A DNA stretch of 49,242 nucleotides, counting the filler, from Sphacelaria rigidula (Eukaryota): the NCBI GenBank assembly GCA_964200075.2. It is 3 parts of 3 records of this genome, joined end to end, with 100 filler letters (N's around TTAATTAATTAA, not from the genome) between each part and the next. Parts side by side here need not be neighbours in the genome. Positions count along the whole stretch, not along the records: positions 1 to 16,350 come from CAXNAA020001390.1; 2 more parts are not named here. One strand, 5' to 3'. The notes below the pieces were generated by a model, which was not told where the DNA came from, did no database searches, and saw only the letters and a program-made list of their open reading frames with translations. Below are positions 1-12,464 of this stretch, in pieces (position 1 is the first letter of the stretch; each line of letters opens with the position of its first letter). The position numbers were made by a program, and so were the translations under genes.

Positions 1-192
1 CGGGTTTTCGCCGGACCAAGCTTGCACTCAAACCACCAAGCGCGAAGCGCCGTGATGTGTTCGGCGAGCCGACAGGGATCTCACATTGAGCGAAAATACC
101 GCGAAAATGTGAACCACCTCAGGAGTACCAACGCTGTTGACAAAGTTATGAGAACACTCGCGCTACATTACTGCGTCCACAGGCGCCGTTAC

Positions 193-3100
193 CTGGGTTT
201 GTCCAAGCTCACGTACCTCCATAATTCCGCCCGACGCCAAGAATTCAACGACAGCAAGCAGCGCTTCCCCTTCCAGAGAACCAGCCTTGACTTCTCCCCC
301 AGTAAAACTCCTGGTAGATGCGCCATTTCCGCCTGTTGCCTGCTCACGTCCTCCTCGCTCTAACCACGATAACGACCCCGACCCCAACATCGCGCGCGCA
401 ACTACCTCCGCTTCCGCCCGCTGTTCCGAGACCGGTTGCAGCGGAATTCCCGATGATCGCTGTACTGGGCCCACCCCCGCCGCCCCCGTTGTCATCCGTC
501 CGTGCGGCCACTGCAAGCCCCCAGTGTTCACAGCATCATCTCCTGACGGAATCAGCGCCCAGCAACACCTGAGCAACTGTCCGATGGCGTCGCGGGTAAT
601 TATTCCCTCCCAGCCACCGCCACCTCCACCACGGTATGCATTCCCACAGTTGGAGCCTGCGACACTGTTACCGCCGCCGTTGAATAAAACGCGCCCGCCG
701 CCGCCCGCCGCGCCATTTCCGCCGCGATCAATCGAGTAGGTACTGGAGTGTTGACGGTGCTCCAACAGGCTCATGGGGGCGAACTGATATCGCCCTCCGC
801 GCGAGGCACGTGCCCGCTTTTTGCCCTTGCTTTTGCCCCGATCGACCACGCTCAAGTACCCAGCATCATCGCCGGCGCCATACTTACGGCTGTAGCCATG
901 CCTCTCGCCGGTGCTGCTGCCATTGCCACCATCAAGAGCACCATCGCACGCCAGTATGTCGTCTTTATGCACCAGGAAGCGAGATAACCTGTCGGCTAAT
1001 ATCTGTCGAAGCCCACTCAAAATTCTCACATTTACACCCGCCACCGTTGCCGCCGCCGTCGCTGCCATGCCTATTCCTCGCGCTGGCACCCCTGTTGCCG
1101 CACCCGCGAGGCTTACAGGATGGGTGACTGTCAGATTGCCGCTAGTTGCCGTCCTAGCGAAGCTAGGTCTCGCGAATAGGTTGCTGGCAAGAAAATGGAG
1201 AGCCTCTGCACGGGCCGCCTGCGACGTGGGGGCGGAAGAGTCGGAGAATTTTTCGCAGAAAATTCATCAATCAAGAAGTTCAGCCGGTGGATGTCCCCAT
1301 TGCTAGCCTGTACGAGTGCAGAGCAAGGACGCAGGCGGTCTCGACGGGTTGTTAGTCAAACGTGTCAGACGCGACATCTGGAACCCCTTCGCACGACTGT
1401 GTCGCTTCCACCGGATCGACAGGTGACATGCTGAATGAAAAGTATCCTTGCTGTTGCGTCTGCCATTACGTCTGCAGGGACCACAAGCTGAACCAGCCTA
1501 AAAACGGATCCGTAGCAGGGTGTTTCGCAGCGCAACTTGAGAGTGGCGGTTTGAAATTCATCATGGAGATCCCATTGAGCATCATCGAATGAAAAAATGG
1601 GACAGCTAGTTTCTTTTATTAGGAGAGGGCAAAAAGCAATATCCATTTTTGAAAAAACAGTCCTCAACCAAGAAAAAAACTAGTGCCCCATGTTTTATGC
1701 CATCATGCCCCAGCGGTGCTCCGTACCAACTTTCGAGGGACCCTTTTCAAAATTGAGCCGCCATATCCAGATTGAGTGCACTCAGCGAATATAGAATTTA
1801 GTATAAAATCAGTAAACGCTATATCTTCCGATAGATGAATTAAGTGAAAGTGAGGGTATCGATCGTTTCGTGCCCCAAGAAAGCAGCGTCGTCCGCTTAT
1901 TATTCTGTGGCGGGGTTTCATATGGCCTTTAGAATATATATATACCTTTGTACGCTACGGGTATTCGACATGGCGTTGAACCGACGAGGAAGTATCTGAC
2001 CGAGCTGTTGAGTACATGGAAAACTGCCCGTTGACTTTCCGATCAACACGATGTAAGGATCACGGCCTGACTATGACAGCCGAAGTCTGCGTCGATGACA
2101 TATGGCTGTGACAGCCGAAGTCTGTTGTAGGCTGGCCCTGCTGTTCCAGCGTGAGACGCTCAGTTTCAATTAGCAACGGTTGGCTGTTTCTTGCTTCAAA
2201 AGCTCCGTGCTTGTTTCACGCTGTCGTCTGAACTACTGGATATTACTTCAGCTGAAGAGACACAGCATCCAAACCACGCTGTTCTCGCAGATTTAAGCCT
2301 TGTGCACCTCTGCGAAACCAACACTCATCACGACGGCCCTTGCTTACCGTCTGCAGCCCGCCTTCCATCGCCCGCCGAAACATGGCGATCAAATCTTCCT
2401 GCACACCGTCCTCATTCAAACAGCCGTCCCTCGCTACTCCTGCTGCGGTGCCGCGGCGAGCGTTCCAGACAAGGATGCATGATACTCCATGCAGCGCCAA
2501 GCGACGCCCCTGTCCCAGGAGAAATGACGCATATTGCAGGAATCAACACGCAGGTAGCAAGTACGACGCAGAGCACAATAGGACACAGTACCCCTTCTTC
2601 GGGCGAGGTAACACATCGGAAAACGGTGTGACAAGGGCGAGAGAAGAAGTGCATAGTAGATAGCGAGGAGCCGAGAAACGGCAGCATATCAGAAACCGAC
2701 CGCTCCTTCTGGCGGAGGTTGCCCTTTAAGCCACGGCATCATTCATACGCACGAACGCCAACCTCCATTACGAGTACTGTAGAGCGGAAAACATCGATTG
2801 CGGACCTTGGTGCACTGTGTAACTTAATGCTGCCCATTGCGGCCAATTCAAGCTCATCGGGGCATCCAACAGCTGTTGACATTCAATCGGGAGCACGTGG
2901 AAACATTTTGCCGGGTTTCAGTGTATGATGTGCCTTCATAAATCATCGCTCTAAAGAATAGCGAGGCAGCACATGCAGTCAATAGCGAGGCAGCACATGC
3001 AGTCAGAAGGACGACGGTACCTCATCCATCGTCGGCAAGCTGAACAGCCGGCTACACTATCGAATAGTAGGTTGCCAAACGACCACAGGCCTCGAGGGTC

Positions 3101-6100
3101 TACGTCATCGCCATCTCAGTTCATGCTTCGACGGGATTAGTGCACTTTTGAAACGTTCCTACTCCGCCGGGATAGTGTAGGTGACCTGGCTGGCGACGCA
3201 GCACGCAAGGAGTAGCACTTTTGAAACGTTCCTACTCCGCCGGGATAGTGTAGGTGACCTGGCTGGTGACGCAGCACGCAAGGAGTAGCGACGGTAGAGA
3301 AAACAGGACAGCTCCCTTCATATATTTACATTGCTGTACAAAATTCTGCGACTGGCCACCGATGGTTGGAAAAAACAGAGCGTTTCGTTCAACGTGCGAT
3401 GAGCACTTCGCGGTCTGTTGTTTTTCTTTGTTCAACTTTTGTCAGCTCGAATCCCCACGTGTCGGGACAACGGGATTGTTTGCCGTCGAGATTCTCGAAC
3501 CCACGATATTGGCCCAAACTAGTATTAGCGCAGAAGGCCAGCCACCGTTGTGGGCAGGGAACTTTACACATTGCGAGTACATTTCCGCTGCTTCCGACGA
3601 ATCACAGGTCACTGAGCGTCTCATTCGGAAGAAACACCCACTGCAAGACACGAACGCAACCAATAACGTCTGCAGTTTGTCATCTTGTTTGTTCAACGCA
3701 ATATTTTTCTCGGTGCCCCTTTGTAAATACCTTGCTTCCTGTCTGCGTTGCGCACTTGCGGTGAAGGCTGATCAGCGCGGAGGCGTGGCTACGGCACGCG
3801 TCCGCTAGCGGAAGCATCGACTGCAGCACCCGCCGCGCTCGGTCCCGGGGCAGCAGCGTAAGGCGCCCCAAGACGTCCGATACGACTTGGGAATGAGGTG
3901 CCAGACGACGGCACTACATGGCGCGATAACATTTGAGGTAGAGGCGCACCGACGTGAACGGATGAAGATGGAGGAAGATGGGGTAGCAGACAGGAAGGAG
4001 GGTAATATCTGTTTGTTCCCAACTTGATTATTGTTGATTCGGTCTCGGGTTTGCCACGATACGTCGGCAGAATGGCAAACGTGCCGTTTTTGCTACTGTA
4101 CACAGAGCGCTGCAGGAGTGAAAGGGTGTACGAAATACAACAACCAAACCGCTTCGTGTCTTGTCACTGTATCAACACTTGCGTACGGTACACCAGCATA
4201 TGCGTGTCACGTCAGTTCTCCACGCGCTACTGCTCGTTTCGCCGAACACTGACCGCACAGCATGAATGCTCCACCACGATTATGAACATGATTGCATATT
4301 TACTCACGTGCAGCCTCCCTTCCTGCGCCATTACCGTCTCCCACGCGAACAAATAGCTCTCCGCGCAGACCGCACCGCCCTGGCTCCGATCAACCACGCC
4401 ACTCAATAAACTCCTCAGCAGCCTCGGTCTCGCCCCCGGCACTGCGTCGAACACAGTACATATCGTGTCCGCGGCGAGCTCGTCCATACCAATAATACAA
4501 TCAACACCACCGCCGCTGCCGTCCCTCACTTCATCACATTCCTCCAGCCACCGCAGCGCCAGCTCCAACAGTTGCGAGGCCCGCTCCGAGGCCACACTGC
4601 TACTCTCCACTTCGTCCTCACAGCCGTCGCCTACATCGCCACCTCTTCCGCCAACAGCGCCGCCAGTGCTTCCTGCCCCCCCACCCACCCAGCCCGCCTC
4701 CCGCCACAGAACACCCTTCACCATGGCCCGGACGCTGGCTCGTGCTCCCGCACGTCCTTCTCGCACGACGCCACCAGAGTTCCTCCGGCAGGATCCATTG
4801 CTGTTGTCATCACACCAGCTGTACTCAGGATCGCGACGCGCCGCCGAGAGTAGGAGGAAGCGAACTCCGTCTTCCGCTCGCCGACCGCGGTCCGCGCCGT
4901 CGGGTAGCAGGGGTAGGGAGCATGCGCGGAGCGGGGCCGCCTCCCTAAGTAGGAGGAGCAGAAGAGCGAGGTCATGCGTGCTGCTGTTTGAGTCATGGGC
5001 TGAATATGCACCCTCACCTGCACGCGGATTCGAACTCAACCCAGGCGTGCGTTTGTGTTTCCCAATATCGTGTCCCTTGCTCGGCCGCGTGCTGCGGTGG
5101 CGAGACAGTTGCGGCGTGTCAACGGTCGTCCTCGGAACAGTGACATTGCTTCTTGTAAGCTCGGTATCCCTACTGCTTCTCTTGCCAGCACCTCCGCCAC
5201 CATCGCCGACAACCCTTTGTCGGAGAATAGAGTCTAGCAGGCTCTCGGCTACGTCGGGCATCTGATGCAGCGTCTGCTCTAGCACCAGCTCCACGGTGGA
5301 GAGAGAATCCGGCGGAACTGCCGCATAAAGCCACCGTAAGCACGACAGCCAATCCCCATCGATATCGCCACTGCTGCAGTTGTTGTCCCCGATACCCTGC
5401 GGTCGCGTCGTTTCTCGCGACTGTTGGCGATCTTTATTATTTCCACGCTTACCGACGCAAGCCCCCTCCGCAGTTGCCACTGTGCGTATAGTAGCATCAT
5501 CTGAGCACGATATTACCCCGTTCTTGTCTTGGCGAAGGTAACATCGTGGCCGGCAGTCTTTTTGCTCGAAATTCCGACGAATATCTGCTTCGCATAACAT
5601 ACATACCTGCGGATTATGGGCGCACGGCGGAAGGTGTGGCAGTGGAGATAAATGACCAGAACATTACGCGCGTTTTTTTCTTGCTAAGTGACTGTAAAGA
5701 ATTCGGCAACACAACGATGGAAGTCGGTGGGCAGATTACCGAGAAAATGGCAAAATATGCGCTGTATTCCGCAAAAGAGTGGATTACCCGTGAGATATGG
5801 CAAATACGTTCAGCCCCCCACACTGCCCAGGCCATACCCAAGACGTAACATACGTTTTAGACATCCCTCGACGTTAAACAAACATATGCAGAGCAAATGT
5901 CTGTCATCCCACCAGCATTTTTTTCCTGGTTCTCGCTTCTAACCCCTGCCCTCCTCGCGACGAGTCCGTGCTCGCAAGGGATCATCCCATGTCCCCCCCG
6001 GTCTCATAAACATTATATCCCATTTTACAACATTTTTGTTATTGTAGATCGGCATCATTTTGACTTTAAAATGACTGAAAACGATGCCGATTCACGAAAA

Positions 6101-8096
6101 CAAAAATCGTCAATGGGTTCCAAAAGGGTTAACTTACCTGTTGTAAGACTCCCGTAAAATCCGCTCCGTCCAAGCCTCCCGTCCACACGCACTCCAACAA
6201 CCGCGAGCGCACCCCCGTCCACACCCCTGTCTTTCGTCCGTGCGCACTCGCTCCATCCTCGATCCAACGCTCGCTATCGCGGCCCCAGCCTCTGCCGCGT
6301 TGGTCCGCCTCGAGTTCAACGGCAATTCCCACGTGACCATCGTGATCGGCGCACGATTTGTCAAGCGCCTCAACAAGGTCGGAAATTTCTCCGAACATTC
6401 TCAAGAGGGGAAGAGCCGACTGCGGACCCCACGGCTTATCGAGGAGGGCGTTTGTAATCTCCACCACTACTTCTGCCCCGCGCTTCGGCAGGAAGTTGTC
6501 TCCCCTCCCTTGTCCCCCCGCCGTCGCTCGCACCCGCCGCCGCCCGACTCCTGCAGCGACAGAAACATCACCATTGCGATGACGTTGACCTTGGTGTTGC
6601 CGCGTGACGCGGTGTCCACCCTTGCCTCGGCCGCCGATGACTGAATGGTGGTCACTCCTCGTAGGGTTCTTTTTGCCTTTCCCCTTGCGGCTGTTGTCGT
6701 TTGTACGCCCCGAGCATGCTGCAGCAGGCCCAAAATCTTCCGCTGGGGAGTCGACAGCTCTCGCCATGGTGTCAGCGGCCATGTCATCCTCATCCTCGTC
6801 GCTTTCGTTTTCGCTGTCGCTACTATTTGAGTAGAACCCGTGCTCTTCAGCAGCGGCAGCGGCGCAGCACGCGCCGAGGACGGCCGGCAGAGCATCCAAC
6901 ATCATCACGCGCCCGTTGTTCCTGTCGGCGGCGGTGTGTTCGCCGTAGTAGCTACACCCGGTCGCCCGCCGTCGCCGCTGGTGCCCATCTGTTGCTGTCG
7001 TTGACGTCAAATCGGGGTCGAAAATGAAGGACAAGCACACGTCCGCTATTTCGCGTAGCTGGTGCAAGCGTAACGGAGGTAACTGCTGCCGTAAGAGATG
7101 CCCCGAATGGTCGACGGTCTGATTTGCAACGGCCCCTACAGCTGCTGCTCGACCGAAAGCAGAGTCGTCACCATACCCGAGAATATTCGAAGCGCCGTCG
7201 TCGCGGTGATGAATGTCTGCAGCAATGACGCTATTGCTTGCTGTGCTGCTGCTCTGACTGCCAGGCGGAGCGGTGCCGGCGACCATGCACATTCGTAGCT
7301 CGGACAGACAAAGGGAAGCCGCCCGCCCTCGCAAATTTCCCCTGCCCATAGCCTTCCGCGGTAAAAGGAACAATTAGCAGGGGAGGGCAAGTGGAGAGGC
7401 GGAATAGTCGGGAGACAATTCGCCAGCAGAACATATCTCGGAAAAGAGTGAAGGTATGATGCAGATGTGTACTCCTTCTAGGAGTACGTTTCATCCGCCG
7501 ATTCTGCTTGCGGCCAGTGGTGACTAGGCAGTAGCTTTCAGTGGGGATTGGCTACCGGAATTGCGGAACGACGGCTGAACATTAGATACACAAATTGATG
7601 CAGTGAAGTTGTTGAAGGCTGTGAGTAAAATTTGCTGCGTATCAGAGGTCTGCACGAACCTGTGGGGAAAAGCGAAAGTCAGAACAATTATACCCTCAGA
7701 TCGACCGAACATATTTCGCAATATCATCACACACCCTAAAGCCCCCTCACCGTCCAAAAGTTGGGAAGTGAGCAAATCGCAAATCCGGCTACGCGCGTGT
7801 GTACAACGTACATAGCAGAAGCACCACAACCGAAACGCCGTTCCCCCCACCCAACCGTGCACGCGAAAAACGAATAAAGCGAGAAACTATTCATCCACCT
7901 GCAGAGCTGCGTGAAACGAACGCAGGCGCGTGAGGTTTCCTTCGAGTAGCACTTTCAGGAATTCACTCGGCGGCACGCTGTAAGTCAAACTCGAGCTGCC
8001 GCTACTGCTGCTGGATACGTTGAAATGTAGCCCGGCACCGCCGTAGAATTCGGACGAATTGTGCGGAGAATAGATACCGTCACCAGACACGAGCTC
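193..8096 (-). CDS. FANCI: FANCI-like (Fanconi anemia group I) protein, partial multi-exon gene. Proposed exons: 8096-7899, 7352-6138, 5606-4308, 3913-3731, 2509-2348, 1218-193. Start codon not located; 3' end runs off the scaffold.
   Basis: All six exons are bounded by AG/GT and are phase 0 (198, 1215, 1299, 183, 162 and 1026 nt). They splice into about 1361 open codons. Blocks follow the order of the FANCI solenoid as recalled from human FANCI: NGRVMMLDALPAVLGA ~ NGKSLELLPIILTA; GAEVVVEITNALLDKPWGPQSALPLLRMFGEI ~ [39 protein letters not shown]|VCML ~ IPPLVYQLLVL; LAADTICTVFDAVPGARPRLL ~ [51 protein letters not shown] ~ [42 protein letters not shown]|AAR ~ LEIMDSLRRCL..ADVR. The first listed exon is the least certain. 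Confidence 0.8.
1690..1880. repeat. Dispersed repeat in a FANCI intron; diverged inverted copy at ~14790-14985
   Basis: GTGAGGGTATCGATCGTTTC matches the reverse complement of GAAACGATCGGTACCCTCAC. TTTAGTATAAAA and CGCTATATCT blocks are colinear. Confidence 0.6.
3142..3289. repeat. Tandem duplication of 73 bp (2 copies, 1 mismatch) in a FANCI intron; a 24-bp tandem duplication lies at 2957-3004
   Basis: GCACTTTTGAAACGTTCCTACTCCGCCGGG... starts at 3142 and again at 3215. AATAGCGAGGCAGCACATGCAGTC occurs twice. Confidence 0.9.
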
Positions 8097-9879
8097 CTGG
8101 AAACACTGAAGAAGCGATTCTGCCTGCGTGGTTCGAGTGCGAGCGAGTAAAGCAGGATAAGAGCAATAGACGGGGAATCGGGTAAGACAAAATGTAAGTT
8201 AGGTGCCACCATGAACACGCTCCGCACAACAGAGACAGGGGGAAAGATGAATGAATCATCCACACATTCCGCGGGAACATCTACGGCAAGGACGGTCGAT
8301 GGATGCGGAAGGCGTATCCGATCCGTAAACAACACGGCCTGGATTTCATGGGATGCAGGATTAATACTCGCCAAGTGGATTGCCACGGGCAATCTTGCAC
8401 TAACGCGGAGCAGATACCCGGCCTTTTCGTCATATGCCATAGCGGTAACGTTAATACACACTACACTCCACACAAGCGGCCTGCTAGTGATGCGCTGCCT
8501 CGTGCATTGCAATTGCACCGCTGATACGTTGGGGTTTCTCGCACCAGAGTGCATTCCGAAAAATCGAACGGAAAAATGCGGCAGAAGTAGTTGCCAACAG
8601 ACGGATAGAACGGAGCATAGTGATAGAAGTGGGCTTCGTCCCCTGCCGCGGTCGCCAGAGAAGCCGCTGCAGGCCCCGCCGGGTGGAGTACCGCGGTAGT
8701 GGCAGCCGTCGTCACTGTGTTACTGCCTCCTTCGACATGCTGTGCACGTTCAAATCTGAATGCTACGGGGTGTGATGCACGTTCAAATCTGAACTGCCTG
8801 TCACTAGACATGCCACAATGAAAAACCGATACTTTCGCAGAGTGCTGCAGTGCACTGTGCTGCTCTGTTCTCAAGTGTTCTTCAGGGCACCTGTTCTGTG
8901 TAGCGCAGGCTCGTGCCGACGGTTCTCAAGCGGTGCTGCTCACCGCAAGCGACAAGCGGTGGCATGGTCTCCTACGAGAGAACGTAATGCTACTCGCTAT
9001 TATTGGCCTTTGTCAAGTTCCCATCCATACTCTCAAGTTGTCTTTGGTGCGTGTTGGTCGCGAATTTTCGCTCGGAGTTGACTTCCTCTTATCCTCAACC
9101 CAACGAATATGGAGCGAAGAATTTCAGAGAAGAAATGAACCATGAACGAAAATCAACACCGTGGACCTACCAGAACATGTTTTCGTTCTCCCTCTGCATT
9201 TTGTCGGTGTCAAAAACATTCGACACGACACACTCTACAGCAAAGGCAAGCGGGGCGATGCACCCAATTTTTTTCCGGCGTGTTATCGGAGGTGTTCGGT
9301 TGAAGAGGTTAATATGAACCGTCAACTCTCCTGCAATAAACGCTGATATCAAAGCTATGCGTACTGCCTTGAGAATGTACGAAGAGATGTACGCCAAGCT
9401 TACTAGTTTCGCAACAGCATAGAGCTGGTTCACGCAATAGGGGGGGGGGGGGGGGGGGGGGCTGGTTAAAACCAAGGCGGGAAAAACCTCTCGTTTTTTC
9501 TGCCCATCCTTTCTCGCGCCGAAACCAATATTTNNNNNNNNNNGGTGGGGGGGGGGGGGGGGGGGGGTGGGGGGGGGGGGGGGGGGGGGGGGGGGAGAGG
9601 TCGTGAACACTAAAGCAGGGACAAACTCCGCTTTGTCCTGCGCCACCTTGCTTGCTCCGAAGCGTCGATTATCCTTGATCCTCGCACGTGCCATGTATGT
9701 GTTGCAGTCACTCTTGAAACCGATCACTCGCTGCGTGCTGTTATCTGCCCAGATATGATGGGGCTCAATTATGTAGCATACAGCCCGAAAACTCGCGACA
9801 TTCGTCATCAACAACGGAAGAACGGGGTGGGTATACCGGTATAAAAAAAAAGGATAAATGGCCAGCGAAACATCAACAA

Positions 9880-10340
9880 GTAACTCAGTACTTCAAAGGT
9901 CATTAGGGTAGAGTGGGACTCTGAACGTACTCTATGATATCTCGGGATTCGTAATACTCGGAACGCCAGAGTACCCGAAGTATTCATTACTCACACGTAC
10001 TCTACCCACTCGGTAAAAATACTCGGTACTCGGAGTACCTGGAGTACCCGGAGTATCGGCTGCTGATTATACGGAGTACTTTCGAGTACCCAGAGAACCC
10101 ACTACCCCCATACTCGGTGTTCTGCTTAAAATACTCAATACTCCGAGTACCTGGAGCAACCTCCCCTCGAAATTCTGAGTATTCTAGACTCCCCGGGGTA
10201 TAGACTGCCGCAAATATCGGGTATCCAGAGTACCTGGAGTACAGATAGTCGAAATACCAGGTTCCCAAGGGTACCTGCAGTGTGGACCCCCTCAATACCG
10301 GAGTAGCCCAGGATGATTTTGAAAACCAGGTACTGAACAA
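9880..10340. repeat. Degenerate GAGTAC(T/C)C / AATACTC tandem repeat tract, likely transposon-derived
   Basis: Dense recurrence of GGAGTACCTGGAGTACCC and AAAATACTC motifs; same type as 11690-12210. Confidence 0.75.
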
Positions 10341-11689
10341 CTGACGCGTCTCGTGGATACTCATTAAGGTGATTTGATAATATGTGCGGTGCACGAAACT
10401 TCAGCTATGCCGCTAAATTTCGAGTCTTCGAAACTAACATATTAATTTCCTCTCACGCACACATCCCCGTCCCACCCTGTACCAGTACAGTACAGCTCAT
10501 CAACTGGGCAGCCACTTCGCACGCACACTCCTCGAAGCTGCGGACCACGGTATGTGCCCCGTGAACAGGAACAGCACATATAAAGTATTGAGCAAGCTAC
10601 GAGCTGGGCTGGTGGTAAAACGTAAAGCCCCTGGGCACACCACAACTTCTCCGGTGTCCCGAGGCAGCTCGATTTCAGCGTATCGCTGCGTACTACAGAC
10701 GAAGCTGGTAACGCACGGCTCCGCTGCAGCTCAATTGGCGCAGTTTTGGCGATCACGCTGTTGCACTGCTTTGATAAGCGGGTACGTCTCATATCGTAGC
10801 GTGAAGGCGTGTTCCGAGTTTATTTTTTCGTAACACGCGACAGAATTTGGTATGACAACTTTGATACGCACAGTCAAGAGCGCACTGGGAATGCTGCGAG
10901 ATGCCGCCGTCACGGGAGAGGACTTCCGAGCCGATTGATTGGTACATAGAACGGCCATAGACACAAGTATCCAACTCGGGTTGGGCTGCAACGCTTTTTC
11001 TCGATCCAATCCCAGATGGTGATCATTTTCTCTTACGGTTGGAAGAAAAAAGTTGCCATATTTTGGGGGGGAAATGGTCGTATCGGGATTCAAAGTTGAG
11101 ACCTAAGGGCTACTCTGTCGGTTGGACCACCAGGGCGTAGCGGTGTCACACAAAATCATCTACCCGCGGCCCAATTTCAGTTTGAAGTCGAAAATTATCA
11201 GGATGATCTATGCGCACGTGAAATCATCATGCTTCGGCTCACGGTCGGGTTTTTTTCCATGGAGTTATGACATTTTCTACTCTTTGCTGAAATTTCAAAC
11301 CGCTCCATCTTTCCGTTTCTTTGTCCTTCGTATCCTCAAAAAGATTTCGCGTCATGATGATGTCCTGTCAAAATTTCAACGCCTAACTCCTCACAATAAG
11401 CCACGCGTCACATATCACGGGAAAAAAAATATGTTGGCTGGCACAGCTCGTATTCGGCAAAGAAGTACGGAGCGGTACGGACAGGGATGGGCGCACGAAT
11501 GACGGCGGCGGTGCCGCTGCGCCAGAAAGCACGTCTAGCGAGCTCACCACGCTCGTCGCAGCTGCACATACAGGCCTGATCGGTACGCAGGCAGCACCCA
11601 CGACTGCGGCGCCAGTGAGTAATGGAGATGGGGATAGGAGCAGCAACGATGACGAGACGGTGTTGCCGACGATCCTGAATGCCAAAAAA

Positions 11690-12210
11690 AGAGTACCGTA
11701 GACGTCCAGAGTACTAACTGGCGGAAACGCTGAGTACCCCAGAGTACCCGGACTACACCCTTCCCAAAGAATTCAGTATCGTAGCCGGTTTACCCAGCAA
11801 AATGCTGAGTATCCATACTTGAAAAAATCATCAGTACTCGAGTACCAGGAGTACCCCCTCCACAAATACCGGGTATTCTGGAGTTCCAGAAGCTCCGACG
11901 ACTGCCGAAAATACACAAGTATTCGAGAATCCAACTCCAAAATACTTGGTGTCGTACTCGGTGTGCTCAGTAAAATACTCAGAACTCCAAGTACCTGGAG
12001 TAGCCACTCCTCGAAAATGCTGAGTACTCCAGAGTACCAGGAGTACCGACTACCGACAATACTGAATACCTGCAGTGCCCGCAGTCCAAAATACTCGGTG
12101 TTGTAATTGCTTTACTCGGTGACTTAATCAGTATCCTGACTACTCGGCATACTGACTCCCCAAAAACTGAATACTCCGTGAGTGCCCCAAGCACCGACAC
12201 CCCATACTAC
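11690..12210. repeat. Second GAGTAC(T/C)C-rich tract
   Basis: GAGTACCAGGAGTACC and AAAATACTCGGTGTTG motifs are shared with 9880-10340. Confidence 0.75.
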
Positions 12211-12264
12211 TCGTACTTGTATTCTACTTCGTCCCCAAGGTCTTTGCATGGTACCCGAATGATA

Positions 12265-12375
12265 AAAAAAAAACTCCTGGGTTGATCTTCGTCCTGTGTG
12301 ATCCCGGCTGGTGTGCCCACATATACCGAACGTTGTAGACTGGCGTCCAGAATAAATGGGACGACAACACACACA
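12265..12375 (+). mobile_element. 3' end of the SINE family with a (CA)n tail; other 3' fragments at 16275-16350 (minus) and 16885-16992 (plus)
   Basis: Shared TGTGA.CCCGGCTGGTG.GCC.ACATAT...TCCAGAATA.ATGGGACGACAACAC. Confidence 0.75.
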
Positions 12376-12464
12376 CCAAGCATGACACCCCATATTACCA
12401 CCTCACAGCTCTACCCTATTCACCGAAGCACCCCCCAAAGCTTTCACACGTTGGACAACTCAAC

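Noticed and set aside
4465-5265. 266-aa plus-strand ORF and similar Pro/Ser-rich ORFs (287-739, 6240-6644)
   Set aside because: These are antisense shadows of the GC-rich FANCI-like exons.
7555-7660. Extra FANCI exon after the strong acceptor ttccccacag
   Set aside because: Phase-0 entry meets TGA after five codons, which is incompatible with the flanking phase-0 exons. It was left out, although the 5' gene structure remains uncertain.
9440-9665. Apparent diverged duplication after two poly-G runs, and a poly-Pro ORF at 9167-9814
   Set aside because: The first copy (9462-9533) looks like a garbled low-quality read of 9598-9665 following a homopolymer, and it ends in a 10-N gap. This is most likely a sequencing or assembly artefact.
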